The notes beneath the pieces were generated by a model. The model was given only the letters and a program-made list of their open reading frames with translations, was not told where the DNA came from and made no database searches. The translations under genes were made by a program, and so were the position numbers. From Acidobacteriota bacterium (GTDB lineage: Bacteria > Acidobacteriota > Thermoanaerobaculia > Multivoradales > Multivoraceae), in contig WTGQ01000002.1 of assembly GCA_011525365.1 (NCBI GenBank), forward strand, positions 3,092,140 through 3,156,139: 64,000 nt of DNA. Reading direction: 5' to 3'. Each line of letters starts with the position of its first letter. The first letter of the stretch is position 1. Positions 7,788 to 18,359 of the stretch are shown here, piece by piece.

Positions 7788-10330
7788 TGCGCGTTCCACT
7801 CAACTGGCTCGGCGATTTCGTCGAGCTCGACGGCTCTCCCGACGAGCTCGCCGAGCTGCTTACCAACGCCGGCCTCGAGGTCAAGGCGATCGAACGCTTC
7901 GGCGTCAACGGCGCCGAGCTGCCATGGCCGGCCGACCTGGTGATGGCGGCGAAAGTCCTGCGCGTCGACCCGGTGCCGGACGCCGACCGCCTGGTGCTCG
8001 CGACCGTCGACTACGGCGCGGACTCAAAGCGGCAGGTGATCACGGGAGCGCCCAACCTGTTCCCGCTCCTCAGCCAGGACCTCGGCGACGCGGGTCCCTG
8101 GGGCGCCCTGCTGCTCGCCGGCGCCAGCTACCGCAACCCTTACCGCGACCTGAAGATCACCCGGCTCAAGCCGAAGAAGCTGCGCGGCATCACCAGCGAC
8201 GCGATGCTGTGCTCGGCGGCCGAACTCGGGCTCGGCGAGGACCACGAGGGGATCATCCTGTTCGAGCCCGCCGATGAACTGCCGGCGCTCAAGCCCGGGC
8301 GGCCTCTCGCGGAAGTGCTCGGCGACGTCGTGCTCGACATCGACGTGATCCCCAACATCGCCCGCTGCGCCTCGATCCTGGGAGTCGCGCGCGAGGTAGC
8401 GGCGCTGACGGAAGCAGAGTTCCGGCCGCCGGCGGTCCCGCTCACGATGGACGGAGCGCCGATCGCGGGCCGGGTCGAGATCGCAACCGAGAACCCCGAA
8501 GTCAATCCGCGGTTCGTCGCCCTGCTGATCGAGGGCATCGAGCAGGGCGCATCTCCCTACTGGATGCAGCACCGGCTGCAGCTTGCGGGGCAACGGCCGA
8601 TCAGCAACGTGGTCGACATCAGCAACTACGTGATGCTCGAGGTTGGCCAGCCGAACCACACCTTCGACTACGACCTGCTGCGGCAGCGGGCAGACTCGTA
8701 CGCGGACCGCGGCCCAGTGCGGATCGTCACGCGGCTGGCGCACGCGGGTGAACGCCTCACGACCCTCGACGGCGCCGAGCAGAAGCTGCGGACGAACCAG
8801 ATCATGGTCACGGACCCGGCCGGCTCGCTCAGCGTCGGCGGCGTGATAGGGGGCCGGGACAGCGAGATCGGTCCGGAAACCCGGAACGTGCTGCTGGAGG
8901 CGGCAGCCTGGGAACCACGGAGTATCCGGCGCACCCAGCGCCAGCTCGGCGTCCACACCGAGGCCGGTTTCCGCTTCAGCCGCGGCGTCCATCCGAGCCA
9001 GGCCCTGCTCGGCGCCCGGCGGGCCGCGGAACTGCTACGGCTTCACGCCGGCGGCACGATCGCTGAGGGGATCGTCGATCACTACCCGAAGCCGGCCCCG
9101 GCCGTGACCGTCGACCTCGACCTCGGATACTTGCGCCGCCTGAGCGGGCTCGATCTCGACGCCGAGGAGACGGCGGCTCTGCTCCGGCGCCTCGAGTTCG
9201 ACGTGGACACCGCCGCGGACTCCGGGCCGCTCCGCGTCACCGTGCCCGATCACCGCCTCGACATCGAAGGCCAGCACGATCTGGTCGAGGAGGTCTGCCG
9301 CATCTACGGCTACGACCGCATCCCCTCGACCGTGCTTAGCGACGTACTGCCGCCCCAGCGCGGCAACCGGGAACAGTCCTTCGAGGATCGGGTCAAGGAC
9401 ACCTTCGCCGACCTGGGCCTGCAGGAGATCGTCAGCTACCGACTGACGACGCCGGAGGCGGAAGCGAAGCTGCAACTCGAAGACGCTCAAGCGCCGGCCT
9501 ACGTGCGGCTCGCCAACCCCTCCACGCTCGACCGCGTCGTCATGCGACGCAGCCTGCTGGCGTCCGTGCTGGAAACCGCCGCGTCGAACAGCCGCTTCAC
9601 GGACCGCCTCGCCCTGTTCGAGGTCGGCCGCGTGTTCCCGGTCGAGGAGGGCGATTCGCTGCCCGAAGAGCGCGAGTGCGCCGCGATCGTGCTGACCGGT
9701 CCGCGCCGGGCAGACCACTGGCAAGCAGCCGGCGCGAGGGACGACTGCTTCGACTTCTTCGACATCAAGGGCGTGGTCGAGACGGTTCTGGACCGGCTCG
9801 GTCTGACGGTCGAGTTCAGCGCGCCGGAAGCGGACGCGACGCCACCGTACCGCCCCGGACGTTCCGCGGCGATCGAAATCGGCGCCGACTCGAAGCCCGT
9901 CGGCTGGCTGGGCGAAGTCCTGCCGGCGGTGGCCGCCCGTTTCGATCTGGAGCCCGCGGACGGTCACCCCGTCCTCGCCGCCGAACTCGACCTCGACCGC
10001 ATCCTCGAGCTCGTCCCCGATTCCCTCCAGATCGATCCCGTGCCCGTCTATCCGGAAGTGCGCGAGGACCTGGCCCTGATCGTGGACGAGGCGACGACGG
10101 CAGCGTCCGTCGAGGCTGCCCTCCTCGCCTCCGGCAAACCCCTGCTCTGCGCCGTCGAACTGTTCGACGTGTTCCGCGGCGAGGCGATCGGCGAAGGCTC
10201 GAAAAGCCTCGCCTACCACCTCACCTTCCGGGCCCCGAACCGCACCCTGCGTGACCGCGATGTGAAGAAGCTCCGCCGGCGCATCCTGGGACAGGTCGAG
10301 AGATCGGTCGGCGCGAAGCTCCGCGAGTAG
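7787..10330 (+). CDS. pheT: Phenylalanine--tRNA ligase beta subunit
   Basis: ATG overlaps the pheS stop (TGATG). MRVPLNWL, RPISNVVDISNYVMLEVGQPNHTFD, RLDIEGQHDLVEEVCRIYGYD, C-terminal anticodon-binding domain (LFDVFRG...KSLAYHLTFRA). Confidence 0.96.
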
Positions 10331-10359
10331 GGCCTTAGGGGTTCGCGCCTCCGGCGTGC

Positions 10360-11085
10360 TCAGCAGGCCAGGCGCGACAGCAGGGCCACGACCGCGTGCT
10401 CGACCCGCAGCGCCCGCGGGCCGAGACTCACGACAGTGGCGCCGGCGTGTCCATACAAGGCAAGTTCACCGTCCAGGAAGCCGCCTTCGGGGCCGACCAG
10501 TAGCGCGGTCGGAACGTCGACGCCTCGCGGACACGGCTCGGCACCGGCGGCATCGGCGACCAGGACCTGCTCGTGGTCCCCAACCAGGCCGGGCAGCGCA
10601 TCGCTCAGGTCCCGCGGCCCTCCCAGGCACTCGATCTCTGGCAGCGCCGTGTCGCGCGCCTGGGCCAGACCCAGTATCAGGTGACGTCGCAGGGACTCGA
10701 GTTGCATCACCGAGCTCTGCCAGTAGCTCTTCTCCACCCGCGCGGTGTGGACGAGCAGGATCCGCTTGACCCCCATGGCGGCCGCGGCCTGCAGGATGCG
10801 GCCCACGAACTTGGGCCGCGGCAACGCCAGCACGAGCGTCACCGGCAGTAGCGCTGGCGGTTCCCGGTCGAGTGGCCCGAGTTCGAGCACGACGCGCTCG
10901 CGGCTCAACTCGACGATCCGTCCGCGGCCAATGCCGCCGCCGAGGCGGCCCACTTCCAGCGTGTCGCCGACCGCCGCCCGCAACACCTTGCGGACGTGCT
11001 TCAGCCGCTCGCCGGTCACGACCGCGCGCGTACCTGAGCCGGCCGTTTGATCGAAGTCCACGTCCTCCAACAGAAGCAGGTTCAT
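10360..11085 (-). CDS. rsmE: 16S rRNA (uracil(1498)-N3)-methyltransferase RsmE family
   Basis: HVRKVLR, LALPRPK, LLVGPEGGF, SLGPRALRVEHA (SPOUT motifs). Confidence 0.88.
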   Translation of the reverse strand: MNLLLLEDVDFDQTAGSGTRAVVTGERLKHVRKVLRAAVGDTLEVGRLGGGIGRGRIVELSRERVVLELGPLDREPPALLPVTLVLALPRPKFVGRILQAAAAMGVKRILLVHTARVEKSYWQSSVMQLESLRRHLILGLAQARDTALPEIECLGGPRDLSDALPGLVGDHEQVLVADAAGAEPCPRGVDVPTALLVGPEGGFLDGELALYGHAGATVVSLGPRALRVEHAVVALLSRLAC

Positions 11086-11159
11086 GCTGTTACAGTCACG
11101 CGCTCAAACGACGCAGAATTGCGCTTCAGAGACCACTCGAAGAGGAGGACGGAACCGGA

Positions 11160-11651
11160 ATGGCAGCAAAGAAGTTCCCGGTCGAGGCAGGCCACATCAT
11201 GATGTTCGCCCGCGCGGTCGGCGATCCGAACCCCATCTATCACGACGCCGAGGCGGCAGCCGACACGGAACCCGGCAAGACCATCGCGCCGCCCACCTTC
11301 TACCAGGCCTCGGCCCAGTTCGACCCCGACTACTTCCTGCGCCCCAAGATCGGCGAGCCGTGGTTCGGCTCCGGCAAGGAGCCGACCGGCGTGCCGCCCA
11401 CGCGGACCGGAGGCGATGGCGGCACGGGGCTGCACGCCGAGCAGCGCTTCGAGTACTTCCGGCACGTGAGCCCCGGCGAGACGCTGACCCTCAAGACCCG
11501 GCCCGGCAAGAGCTGGGAACGGCAGGGCAAGCGCGGCGGCAACCTGAAGTTCAGCGAGAACATCACCGAGTACTACGACGAATCCGGCGAACTCGTCGTG
11601 CGCGCCACCGGCGTCGGCGTGCGCACCGAGAAGGTCGTCGAGAGCGACTGA
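11160..11651 (+). CDS. MaoC-like dehydratase, N-terminal/HadA-type hotdog subunit
   Basis: FPVEAGHIMMFARAVGDPNPIY, APPTF, LHAEQRFEY; GAGGAGG SD-like sequence upstream. Confidence 0.8.
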   Translation: MAAKKFPVEAGHIMMFARAVGDPNPIYHDAEAAADTEPGKTIAPPTFYQASAQFDPDYFLRPKIGEPWFGSGKEPTGVPPTRTGGDGGTGLHAEQRFEYFRHVSPGETLTLKTRPGKSWERQGKRGGNLKFSENITEYYDESGELVVRATGVGVRTEKVVESD

Positions 11652-11662
11652 GGAGAGAACGA

Positions 11663-12085
11663 ATGGCACTTCAGGCAAGCAAGGTCCAGGTCGGCGACAC
11701 CTACACCCAGAAGCTCACCGACGACCTCTCCCGCACCCAGATCGTCCAGTACGCGGGCGCCTCGGGCGACTACAACCCGCTCCACTCCGACGAGATCTTC
11801 ACCACCAAGGTAGCGAAGTACCCGACCGTCTTCGCCCACGGCATGCTGACGATGGGCATGACCGGCCGGATGGTCACCGACTTCGTCGGCGACGGCCGGC
11901 TGACCGCCTACGGCGTCCGCTTCACACGGCAGGTGTGGCCCGGCGACGCGCTGACCGCGACCGCGAAGGTCGACGCGGTGCGCGAGGAAGACGGCCAGGG
12001 TCTGGTCGACCTGTCGGTGACGACGGTAAACCAGGACGGTGATGTCGTGGTGATGGGGAAAGCGACCGCGAGAATCGATCCCTAG
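11663..12085 (+). CDS. MaoC-family (R)-specific enoyl-CoA hydratase/dehydratase, HadB-type catalytic subunit
   Basis: Hydratase-2 motif YAGASGDYNPLHSD...AHGMLTMG; VRFTRQVWPGD; AGGAG SD. Confidence 0.87.
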   Translation: MALQASKVQVGDTYTQKLTDDLSRTQIVQYAGASGDYNPLHSDEIFTTKVAKYPTVFAHGMLTMGMTGRMVTDFVGDGRLTAYGVRFTRQVWPGDALTATAKVDAVREEDGQGLVDLSVTTVNQDGDVVVMGKATARIDP

Positions 12086-13176
12086 TCCAACACGCCCTGA
12101 ACCGCGAGGTGGCGCAGGCCGTGGTCGGCCAGCACCAGCGCGATCATCGCCTCGCCCATCGGCACGAAGCGCGGCAGCAGACACGGGTCGTGACGGCCCC
12201 TGGTCGCGATCGTCGTCGGCTCACCGGCGCGGGTCACCGTGTCCTGGGGCTGCGGCAGGCTGCTGGTCGGCTTGACGGCACAGCGCAGCACGATCGGCTG
12301 ACCTGACGAGATGCCGCCCAGCATCCCGCCGTGGCGGTTGCCGCGAGTGGCGACGCTGCCTCCGCGCATCTCGAACGGATCGTTGTTCTCGCTGCCGCGA
12401 GCGGTCGCCACGCCGAAGCCGGCGCCGTACTCGACGCCGAGCACCGCCGGCAGGCTGAAGAGCGCCTTGCCCAGGTCCGCCTTCAGCTTGTCGAACACCG
12501 GTTCGCCCCAGCCCGGCGGCACGCCGGTCGCGACGAGCTCCGAGACGCCGCCGACCGAGTCGCGCTCCGAACGCATCCGCTCGATCAGCTCCGCCATGCG
12601 CGCCGCGGCCTCCTGGTCCGGGCAACGCACGGGGTTCGCTTCGACCTGGTCCAGCGTCACCGCGGCCGGATCGTCGATCCGCCCCTCGATGTCGCCGATG
12701 CTCTTCACGTAGCCGACGATCCCGACACCCCAGCGCTCCCGCAGGAGCTTCTTCGCCACCGCCGCGGCCGCCACCCGCACCGAGGTCTCGCGGGCGCTCG
12801 AGCGTCCGCCGCCCCGGTAGTCGCGGAAGCCGTACTTCGCGTCGAACGTGTAGTCGGCGTGTCCGGGCCTGTACTTCTCCCTGATCTCGCTGTAGTCCTT
12901 CGGCCGCTGATCTCGGTTCTCGATCAGGAAGGCGATCGGCGTGCCCGTCGTCCTGCCCTCGAACACGCCGGACAGGATGCGGGCCTCGTCCGGCTCCATC
13001 CGCTGCGTCGTCAGCTTCGACTGACCGGGCCTGCGTCGGTCGAGGTCCGGCTGCAGGTCGGCCTCGGACAGTTCCAGGCCCGGCGGCACCCCGTCCAGGA
13101 TGCCGACGTAGCCCGGCCCGTGGCTCTCGCCCGCCGTGGTCAGCCGCAGCGCGGTTCCGAAGGTGTTCCCGGCCAT
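12082..13176 (-). CDS. aroC: Chorismate synthase
   Basis: MAGNTFG...GESHG, RPGHADY, RGGGRSSARET, GGMLGGISSG, KPTSS, GRHDPC. Confidence 0.97.
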   Translation of the reverse strand: MAGNTFGTALRLTTAGESHGPGYVGILDGVPPGLELSEADLQPDLDRRRPGQSKLTTQRMEPDEARILSGVFEGRTTGTPIAFLIENRDQRPKDYSEIREKYRPGHADYTFDAKYGFRDYRGGGRSSARETSVRVAAAAVAKKLLRERWGVGIVGYVKSIGDIEGRIDDPAAVTLDQVEANPVRCPDQEAAARMAELIERMRSERDSVGGVSELVATGVPPGWGEPVFDKLKADLGKALFSLPAVLGVEYGAGFGVATARGSENNDPFEMRGGSVATRGNRHGGMLGGISSGQPIVLRCAVKPTSSLPQPQDTVTRAGEPTTIATRGRHDPCLLPRFVPMGEAMIALVLADHGLRHLAVQGVLD

Positions 13177-13234
13177 GACACGGGCACTCTGCCACAGCCC
13201 CGCCGCGGGCCGAACCGGCGTAGACTGACGGGTG

Positions 13235-14140
13235 ATGCAGGTATCGACTGCCAGCGCATCGTTCGAGTCGCCGCCAATCGACGCCGTCGGCGTCGAGGAG
13301 CGGGTGGCGAGGCTCCGTTCGCGCTCGATCAAGAAGGACGCCAAGCTCCAGGCGCTCCACCTGACGCTGTCGATGATCGACCTGACGACCCTGGAAGGGG
13401 CCGACTCCGAAGGCAAGGTACGGCAGCTCTGCGCCAAGGCGCTCCAGCTTCACGCGGCATTGCCAGATCTCCCGCACGTCGCCGCGGTCTGCGTCTACCC
13501 GGCCCTGGTGGGTGTCGCCAAACGGGCGCTCGAGGGCAGCGGAATCAACGTCGCCTCTGTCGCCACCAGCTTCCCCGCCGGTCAGGCGCCGATCGAGATC
13601 AAGCTGCTGGAGGTGCGGAAAGCGGTCGAGGCCGGCGCCGACGAAGTCGACATGGTGATCTCCCGCGGCCGCTTCCTGGCCGGCGACTTCGCCTACACCG
13701 CGGACGAGATCGCCTCGGTCAAGGACGCCTGCGGCGAGGCCCACCTCAAGGTGATTCTCGAGACCGGCGAGCTCGGCACGCTGGACGCCGTGCGCCGCGC
13801 TTCGGACCTCGCAATGCGCTCCGGCGCCGACTTCATCAAGACCTCGACCGGCAAGATCAAGCCGGCCGCCACGATGCCGGTCGTCCTGGTCATGCTGGAG
13901 GCGATCCGCGACCACTACCGCCGCACCGGCGAGAAGATCGGCATGAAGCCGGCGGGCGGCATCTCTACCGCCAAGGACCCGATCCGGCACCTGGTCATGG
14001 TGCGTGAGACGCTCGGCCAGGACTGGCTCGATCCCGACCTGTACCGGTTCGGCGCGAGTTCCCTGGCGAACGACGTCCTGCGCCAGATCGTCAAGCAGCG
14101 AAGCGGCATCTACCAGTCGTTCGACGACTTCTCGCTCTGA
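13235..14140 (+). CDS. deoC: Deoxyribose-phosphate aldolase
   Basis: IDLTTLEGADSEGKV, AAVCVYP, GADEVDMVI, HLKVILETGEL, GADFIKTSTGK, GMKPAGGI, RFGASSL. Alternative GTG start at 13232. Confidence 0.95.
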   Translation: MQVSTASASFESPPIDAVGVEERVARLRSRSIKKDAKLQALHLTLSMIDLTTLEGADSEGKVRQLCAKALQLHAALPDLPHVAAVCVYPALVGVAKRALEGSGINVASVATSFPAGQAPIEIKLLEVRKAVEAGADEVDMVISRGRFLAGDFAYTADEIASVKDACGEAHLKVILETGELGTLDAVRRASDLAMRSGADFIKTSTGKIKPAATMPVVLVMLEAIRDHYRRTGEKIGMKPAGGISTAKDPIRHLVMVRETLGQDWLDPDLYRFGASSLANDVLRQIVKQRSGIYQSFDDFSL

Positions 14141-14159
14141 GCGCGCAGCGGCCAGAACC

Positions 14160-15677
14160 ATGACGGATTCCACGCCACCGACCGGACTCACGGCCCCGAA
14201 GCTCCGCCTCGGCCTCCGCGACGGTAGCGACGACGGCTGGGGCTACGCGCCGGCGCCGGAGTCGACCGACCACGTGGAACTCCGCGACCGCTACGGCCTG
14301 TTCATCGACGGCGAGTTCACCGACGCGGCCGACGGCCGCACGTTCGAGACCGCGAACCCCGCCACGGAGGAGAAGATCGCGGATGTCGCTCTGGCCTCCG
14401 ACGCCGATGTCGACGCCGCCGTCGCGGCCGCGCGGCGCGCCTACGACGAGGTGTGGTCGAAGCTGGCGCCCCAGGAACGCGGCAAGTACGTCTTCCGGAT
14501 CGCCCGCGTGCTCCAGGAGCGGGGCCGCGAACTCGCGATCACCGAGTCGCTCGACGGCGGCAAGCCGATCCGCGAGTCACGCGACGTCGACATCCCGCTG
14601 GCGGCCGCGCACTTCTTCTACTACGCCGGCTGGGCCGACAAGCTGGACTACGCCTTCCCCGGCCGCGGCGCCAGACCGCTCGGTGTGGCCGGCCAGGTCA
14701 TCCCCTGGAACTTCCCGCTGCTGATGGCTGCCTGGAAAATCGCGCCGGCCATCGCGGCCGGCAACACGGTCGTGCTCAAGCCGGCAGAGACCACGCCGCT
14801 CACCGCGCTCAAGCTGGCCGAGATCATCCGGGACGCGGGCGTGCCGCCCGGCGTCGTCAACATCGTCACCGGCGCGGGCGAGACCGGCGCGTCAGTCGTC
14901 CAGCACGCGGACGTCGACAAGGTCGCCTTCACCGGCTCCACTGAGGTCGGCAAGCTGATCCGCCGCGCGCTCGCCGGCAGCGGCAAGCACTACACGCTCG
15001 AACTCGGCGGAAAGGCCGCGAACCTGGTGTTCGAGGACGCCGCCGTCGACCAGGCGGTCGAGGGGATCGTCAACGGCATCTTCTTCAACCAGGGCCACGT
15101 CTGCTGCGCCGGATCCCGCCTGCTTGTGCAGGAGTCCGTTGCCGGTGAGGTGATCTCCAAGCTGAAGGACCGGATGGAGACCCTGATCGTCGGCGACCCG
15201 CTCGACAAGAACACGGACATCGGAGCGATCAACTCCCGCGCCCAGCTCGACAAGATCGAGGAGTACCTGAAGATCGGGGAAGAGGAAGGCGCGGAGCCGT
15301 TCCAGACCTCCTGCCCGGTGCCCGAGCGAGGCTACTGGTGCCGGCCGACCCTGTTCCTGCACGCATCCCAGTCGCACCGGGTGGTCCAGGAGGAGATCTT
15401 CGGACCGGTGCTCGCGGTGCAGACGTTCCGCACCGTGGACGAAGGCATCGCGATGGCGAACAACACGCCCTATGGCCTCTCAGGCGGCGTCTGGAGCGAC
15501 AAGGGCGCCAAGGCGTTCCGGGTCACCAGCCGGATCCGCGCCGGCGTGCTGTGGGCGAACACCTACAACAAGTTCGATCCGACCGCTCCGTTCGGCGGCT
15601 ACAAGGAGAGCGGCATCGGCCGGGAGGGCGGGCTGGCCGGGCTCCACGCCTACCTGCAACCGGAGGAAGCGGCATGA
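14160..15677 (+). CDS. Aldehyde dehydrogenase (full-length, catalytic)
   Basis: IPWNFPLLM, LKPAETTP, FTGSTEVG, catalytic Glu in LELGGK, catalytic Cys in FFNQGHVCCAGSR, EEIFGPV, PFGGYKESG. Confidence 0.93.
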   Translation: MTDSTPPTGLTAPKLRLGLRDGSDDGWGYAPAPESTDHVELRDRYGLFIDGEFTDAADGRTFETANPATEEKIADVALASDADVDAAVAAARRAYDEVWSKLAPQERGKYVFRIARVLQERGRELAITESLDGGKPIRESRDVDIPLAAAHFFYYAGWADKLDYAFPGRGARPLGVAGQVIPWNFPLLMAAWKIAPAIAAGNTVVLKPAETTPLTALKLAEIIRDAGVPPGVVNIVTGAGETGASVVQHADVDKVAFTGSTEVGKLIRRALAGSGKHYTLELGGKAANLVFEDAAVDQAVEGIVNGIFFNQGHVCCAGSRLLVQESVAGEVISKLKDRMETLIVGDPLDKNTDIGAINSRAQLDKIEEYLKIGEEEGAEPFQTSCPVPERGYWCRPTLFLHASQSHRVVQEEIFGPVLAVQTFRTVDEGIAMANNTPYGLSGGVWSDKGAKAFRVTSRIRAGVLWANTYNKFDPTAPFGGYKESGIGREGGLAGLHAYLQPEEAA

Positions 15678-16552
15678 GTGAGCGACGACCCGCCGCCGCG
15701 ACGGCTCGCCTGCCGGTGCTCAAGACCCACAAGGTCTACGTCGGCGGCAAGTTCCCCCGCTCCGAATCCGGACGCTTCGACCGGGCGCTCGCGCCCGACG
15801 GCACCCCGATCGCGAACATCTGCCGCTGCTCGCGCAAGGACGTGCGGGACGCGGTGACCGCCGCCCGCGCCGCACAGGCCGGCTGGGCCGCCCGCACCGC
15901 CTACAACCGGGGCCAGATCCTCTACCGGATCGCCGAGATGCTGGAAGGCCGAAGCGGCCAGTTCGAGGCCCTGCTCGCGGCCGGCGGCACGGCCCCGGAC
16001 GAGGCCGCCGCCGAGGTCCAGGCCGCCACCGACCGGCTCCTCCACTACGCCGGCTGGACCGACAAGTTCCAGCAGATCTTCTCCAGCGTCAACCCGGTCG
16101 CGACGTCGCACTTCAACTTCTCGATCCTCGAGCCGATGGGCGTCGTCGGCGTGCTCGCCCCCGAGTCTCCGCTCCTCGGCCTCGTTTCCTGCATCGCCCC
16201 CGCGATCGCCGGCGGCAACACGACCGTCGTTCTGGTCACCGGCAGCCAGCCGCTTCCGGCCACGACCTTCGGCGAGGTCCTGAACTCCTCCGACGTACCC
16301 GGCGGCGTCGTCAACATCCTCACCGGTCGCCGGGACGAGATGCTCGCCCCGCTCGCCGCGCACCGCGACGTCGACGCCCTGCTCCTCTGCTCGGCGGACC
16401 CGGACGTCGCCAGGTCCGCCGAGATCGAAGCGGTCCACAACCTGAAGCGCGTCGCGGTCCGCCCGCACGAGGACTGGGCCGACGTCCAGAGTCCCTACGA
16501 AATCACCGACCTGCAGGAAGTGAAGACGACATGGCATCCGATCGGGAGTTGA
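15674..16552 (+). CDS. Short aldehyde dehydrogenase-like protein (NAD-binding domain only, no catalytic domain)
   Basis: ATGA overlap with the upstream ALDH. KTHKVYVGGKFPRSESGR, RGQILYRIAEMLEGR, EPMGVVGV, PGGVVNILTG, EVKTTWHPIG; no ELGG or catalytic Cys motif. Confidence 0.85.
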   Translation: MSERRPAAATARLPVLKTHKVYVGGKFPRSESGRFDRALAPDGTPIANICRCSRKDVRDAVTAARAAQAGWAARTAYNRGQILYRIAEMLEGRSGQFEALLAAGGTAPDEAAAEVQAATDRLLHYAGWTDKFQQIFSSVNPVATSHFNFSILEPMGVVGVLAPESPLLGLVSCIAPAIAGGNTTVVLVTGSQPLPATTFGEVLNSSDVPGGVVNILTGRRDEMLAPLAAHRDVDALLLCSADPDVARSAEIEAVHNLKRVAVRPHEDWADVQSPYEITDLQEVKTTWHPIGS

Positions 16553-17025
16553 CCGGCGACACGGTCGAGGGAGTGCCCGGGCAGCCCCCCGTACCAGCCG
16601 AAACCGGCGAGATGGAGCTTCCGCTCCACGCGCGCAACCGCGCCGCCGAGATCGTGCGGTCCCCGGACAAGCTCCGGGAGATGGTCGCTGAAGCAAGGGA
16701 GAAGGCCGACTCCGCGGGCGGGGCCACGAGCCCGCTCAGCGGTGTGATCGAGGACCTGAGGACGATGTTCGATTTGCTCCGTGCGGTGGCGCGCGGCAAC
16801 TACCGGGTCCGGAAGGAGACCCTGATCCTCATCGCCGGCGCGGTGCTCTACTTCGTCATCCCGATCGACGTGATCCCGGACTTCATCCCGGTGGCCGGCT
16901 TCCTCGACGACGCCGCGGTCATCGCCTGGGTGGTCAAGACCTGCAAGACCGAGATCGACCTGTTCAGAGCGCTCACCGCGGGAGACAACGACCGCGAGCC
17001 CGAGCCGGAGCCCGCGCAGCTCTGA
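16531..17025 (+). CDS. YkvA/DUF1232-family small membrane protein
   Basis: AVLYFVIPIDVIPDFIPVAGFLDDAAV motif; start position uncertain. Confidence 0.85.
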   Translation: MASDRELTGDTVEGVPGQPPVPAETGEMELPLHARNRAAEIVRSPDKLREMVAEAREKADSAGGATSPLSGVIEDLRTMFDLLRAVARGNYRVRKETLILIAGAVLYFVIPIDVIPDFIPVAGFLDDAAVIAWVVKTCKTEIDLFRALTAGDNDREPEPEPAQL

Positions 17026-17061
17026 ACCAGAGCGGCAGAGCGTCTCGACGAGCAGACGCTC

Positions 17062-18273
17062 CTACAGCGAAGCCGCGCCGTGGTACGCCCTCGCGACCCA
17101 GGCCATGAGCTGGGCGCACAGTAGCCCCAGCGGCGTGCCGACCAGGTTGCCGAGGACGCCCATCAGCACGCCGACCGCGGCAAGCGCGGGCTGGAAGACG
17201 CCGGCGACGACCGGGGTCGAGATGACGCCGCCGACATTGCCCATGCTGCCGGTGGCGAAGAGAAACACCGGCGCGCGCAGGAGGCGCATCGCCAGGAACA
17301 GGCAGGCGACGTGGATGCCGATCCACACGACGCCGACGCCCAGCACCAGGGGCGCCTCGGCAATGGCGGCGAGATCGCCGCCGGCACCCATCGTTGCGAC
17401 CATCAGGTAGAGGCCGCCGTAGGCCACCGGCGTCGCGCCACGGTGCTCCAGCCGGCGCACCGGGGTGAACGAAAGACCCAGCCCGACCGCTACCACGAGC
17501 AGGATGCCCCAGGTGAAGTGCGACAGCACGGAGCCAACCTGCGGCAGTAGCTCGCCGCCGCGCATGCAGAGCCAGCTCGCCACCAGGCCGACGCCGAGCA
17601 TGGAGGCGAAGGCGGACAGCGTGATCGGCCGCGCGTTCTCGGCCTGGACCTGCTGCAGCCGCTGGTTCAGCGCGTCGAGTTCTTCGCGGCGCGCCCTGTT
17701 CCAGCGGTCGATCCGGTTCTGGTAGCCGCTGAGCAGGATGATGATCGACATCCAGCCGTACCCGACCACCGAGTCGACGATGATCATCGGTGCGAAGACG
17801 TCGTCGGGAGCGCCGACTCCTTCCTTGATCGCGATCATGTTCGACAGGCCGCCGATCCAGGAACCGGACAGCGCTCCCAGCCCCTTCCAGATCTGCGGGT
17901 CGTCGAGGAACGGCTGGAAGATGGCCAGCGCGATCGGTCCGCCGATCAGGATGCCAACCGACCCCGACAGCAACATCGCTGCCGCCAGCGGCCCCAGGCG
18001 CCTGATCGCCGGCACGTCGGTCGCCAGCACCAGGAGCAGCAGCGAACACGGCATCAGGTAGTCCGTGCACCAGTCGTAGAAGGCCGACTCGGCCGGCGTG
18101 ATGCCGGCCGTGGTCAGCACCACCGGCAGCAGGTAGATCCAGACGATCGGCGGCAAGTACCTGAAGAGCCGGTCGAAGGGCCGCGTCTGCGCCAGCACGA
18201 AGATCAGCGCCACGAAGCCGGCGAAGAAGACGAGCAGCGCGGTCGGGTCGTTGATCAGCGCCTGCTCCGCCAT
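17062..18273 (-). CDS. DUF819-family multi-pass membrane protein (putative transporter)
   Basis: About 10-11 TM segments; GSWIGGLSNMIAIKE, GSMGNVGGVISTPVVA, GVLMGVLGNLVGT are DUF819-like. Confidence 0.8.
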   Translation of the reverse strand: MAEQALINDPTALLVFFAGFVALIFVLAQTRPFDRLFRYLPPIVWIYLLPVVLTTAGITPAESAFYDWCTDYLMPCSLLLLVLATDVPAIRRLGPLAAAMLLSGSVGILIGGPIALAIFQPFLDDPQIWKGLGALSGSWIGGLSNMIAIKEGVGAPDDVFAPMIIVDSVVGYGWMSIIILLSGYQNRIDRWNRARREELDALNQRLQQVQAENARPITLSAFASMLGVGLVASWLCMRGGELLPQVGSVLSHFTWGILLVVAVGLGLSFTPVRRLEHRGATPVAYGGLYLMVATMGAGGDLAAIAEAPLVLGVGVVWIGIHVACLFLAMRLLRAPVFLFATGSMGNVGGVISTPVVAGVFQPALAAVGVLMGVLGNLVGTPLGLLCAQLMAWVARAYHGAASL

Positions 18274-18359
18274 CGCAGGCGAGTGTATGGGCTTGCATCG
18301 GCTGCTATCTTCCGACGCCACCTTCCCGAGCACCTTTACGGCCAGGAGAGCCAAGCCCA

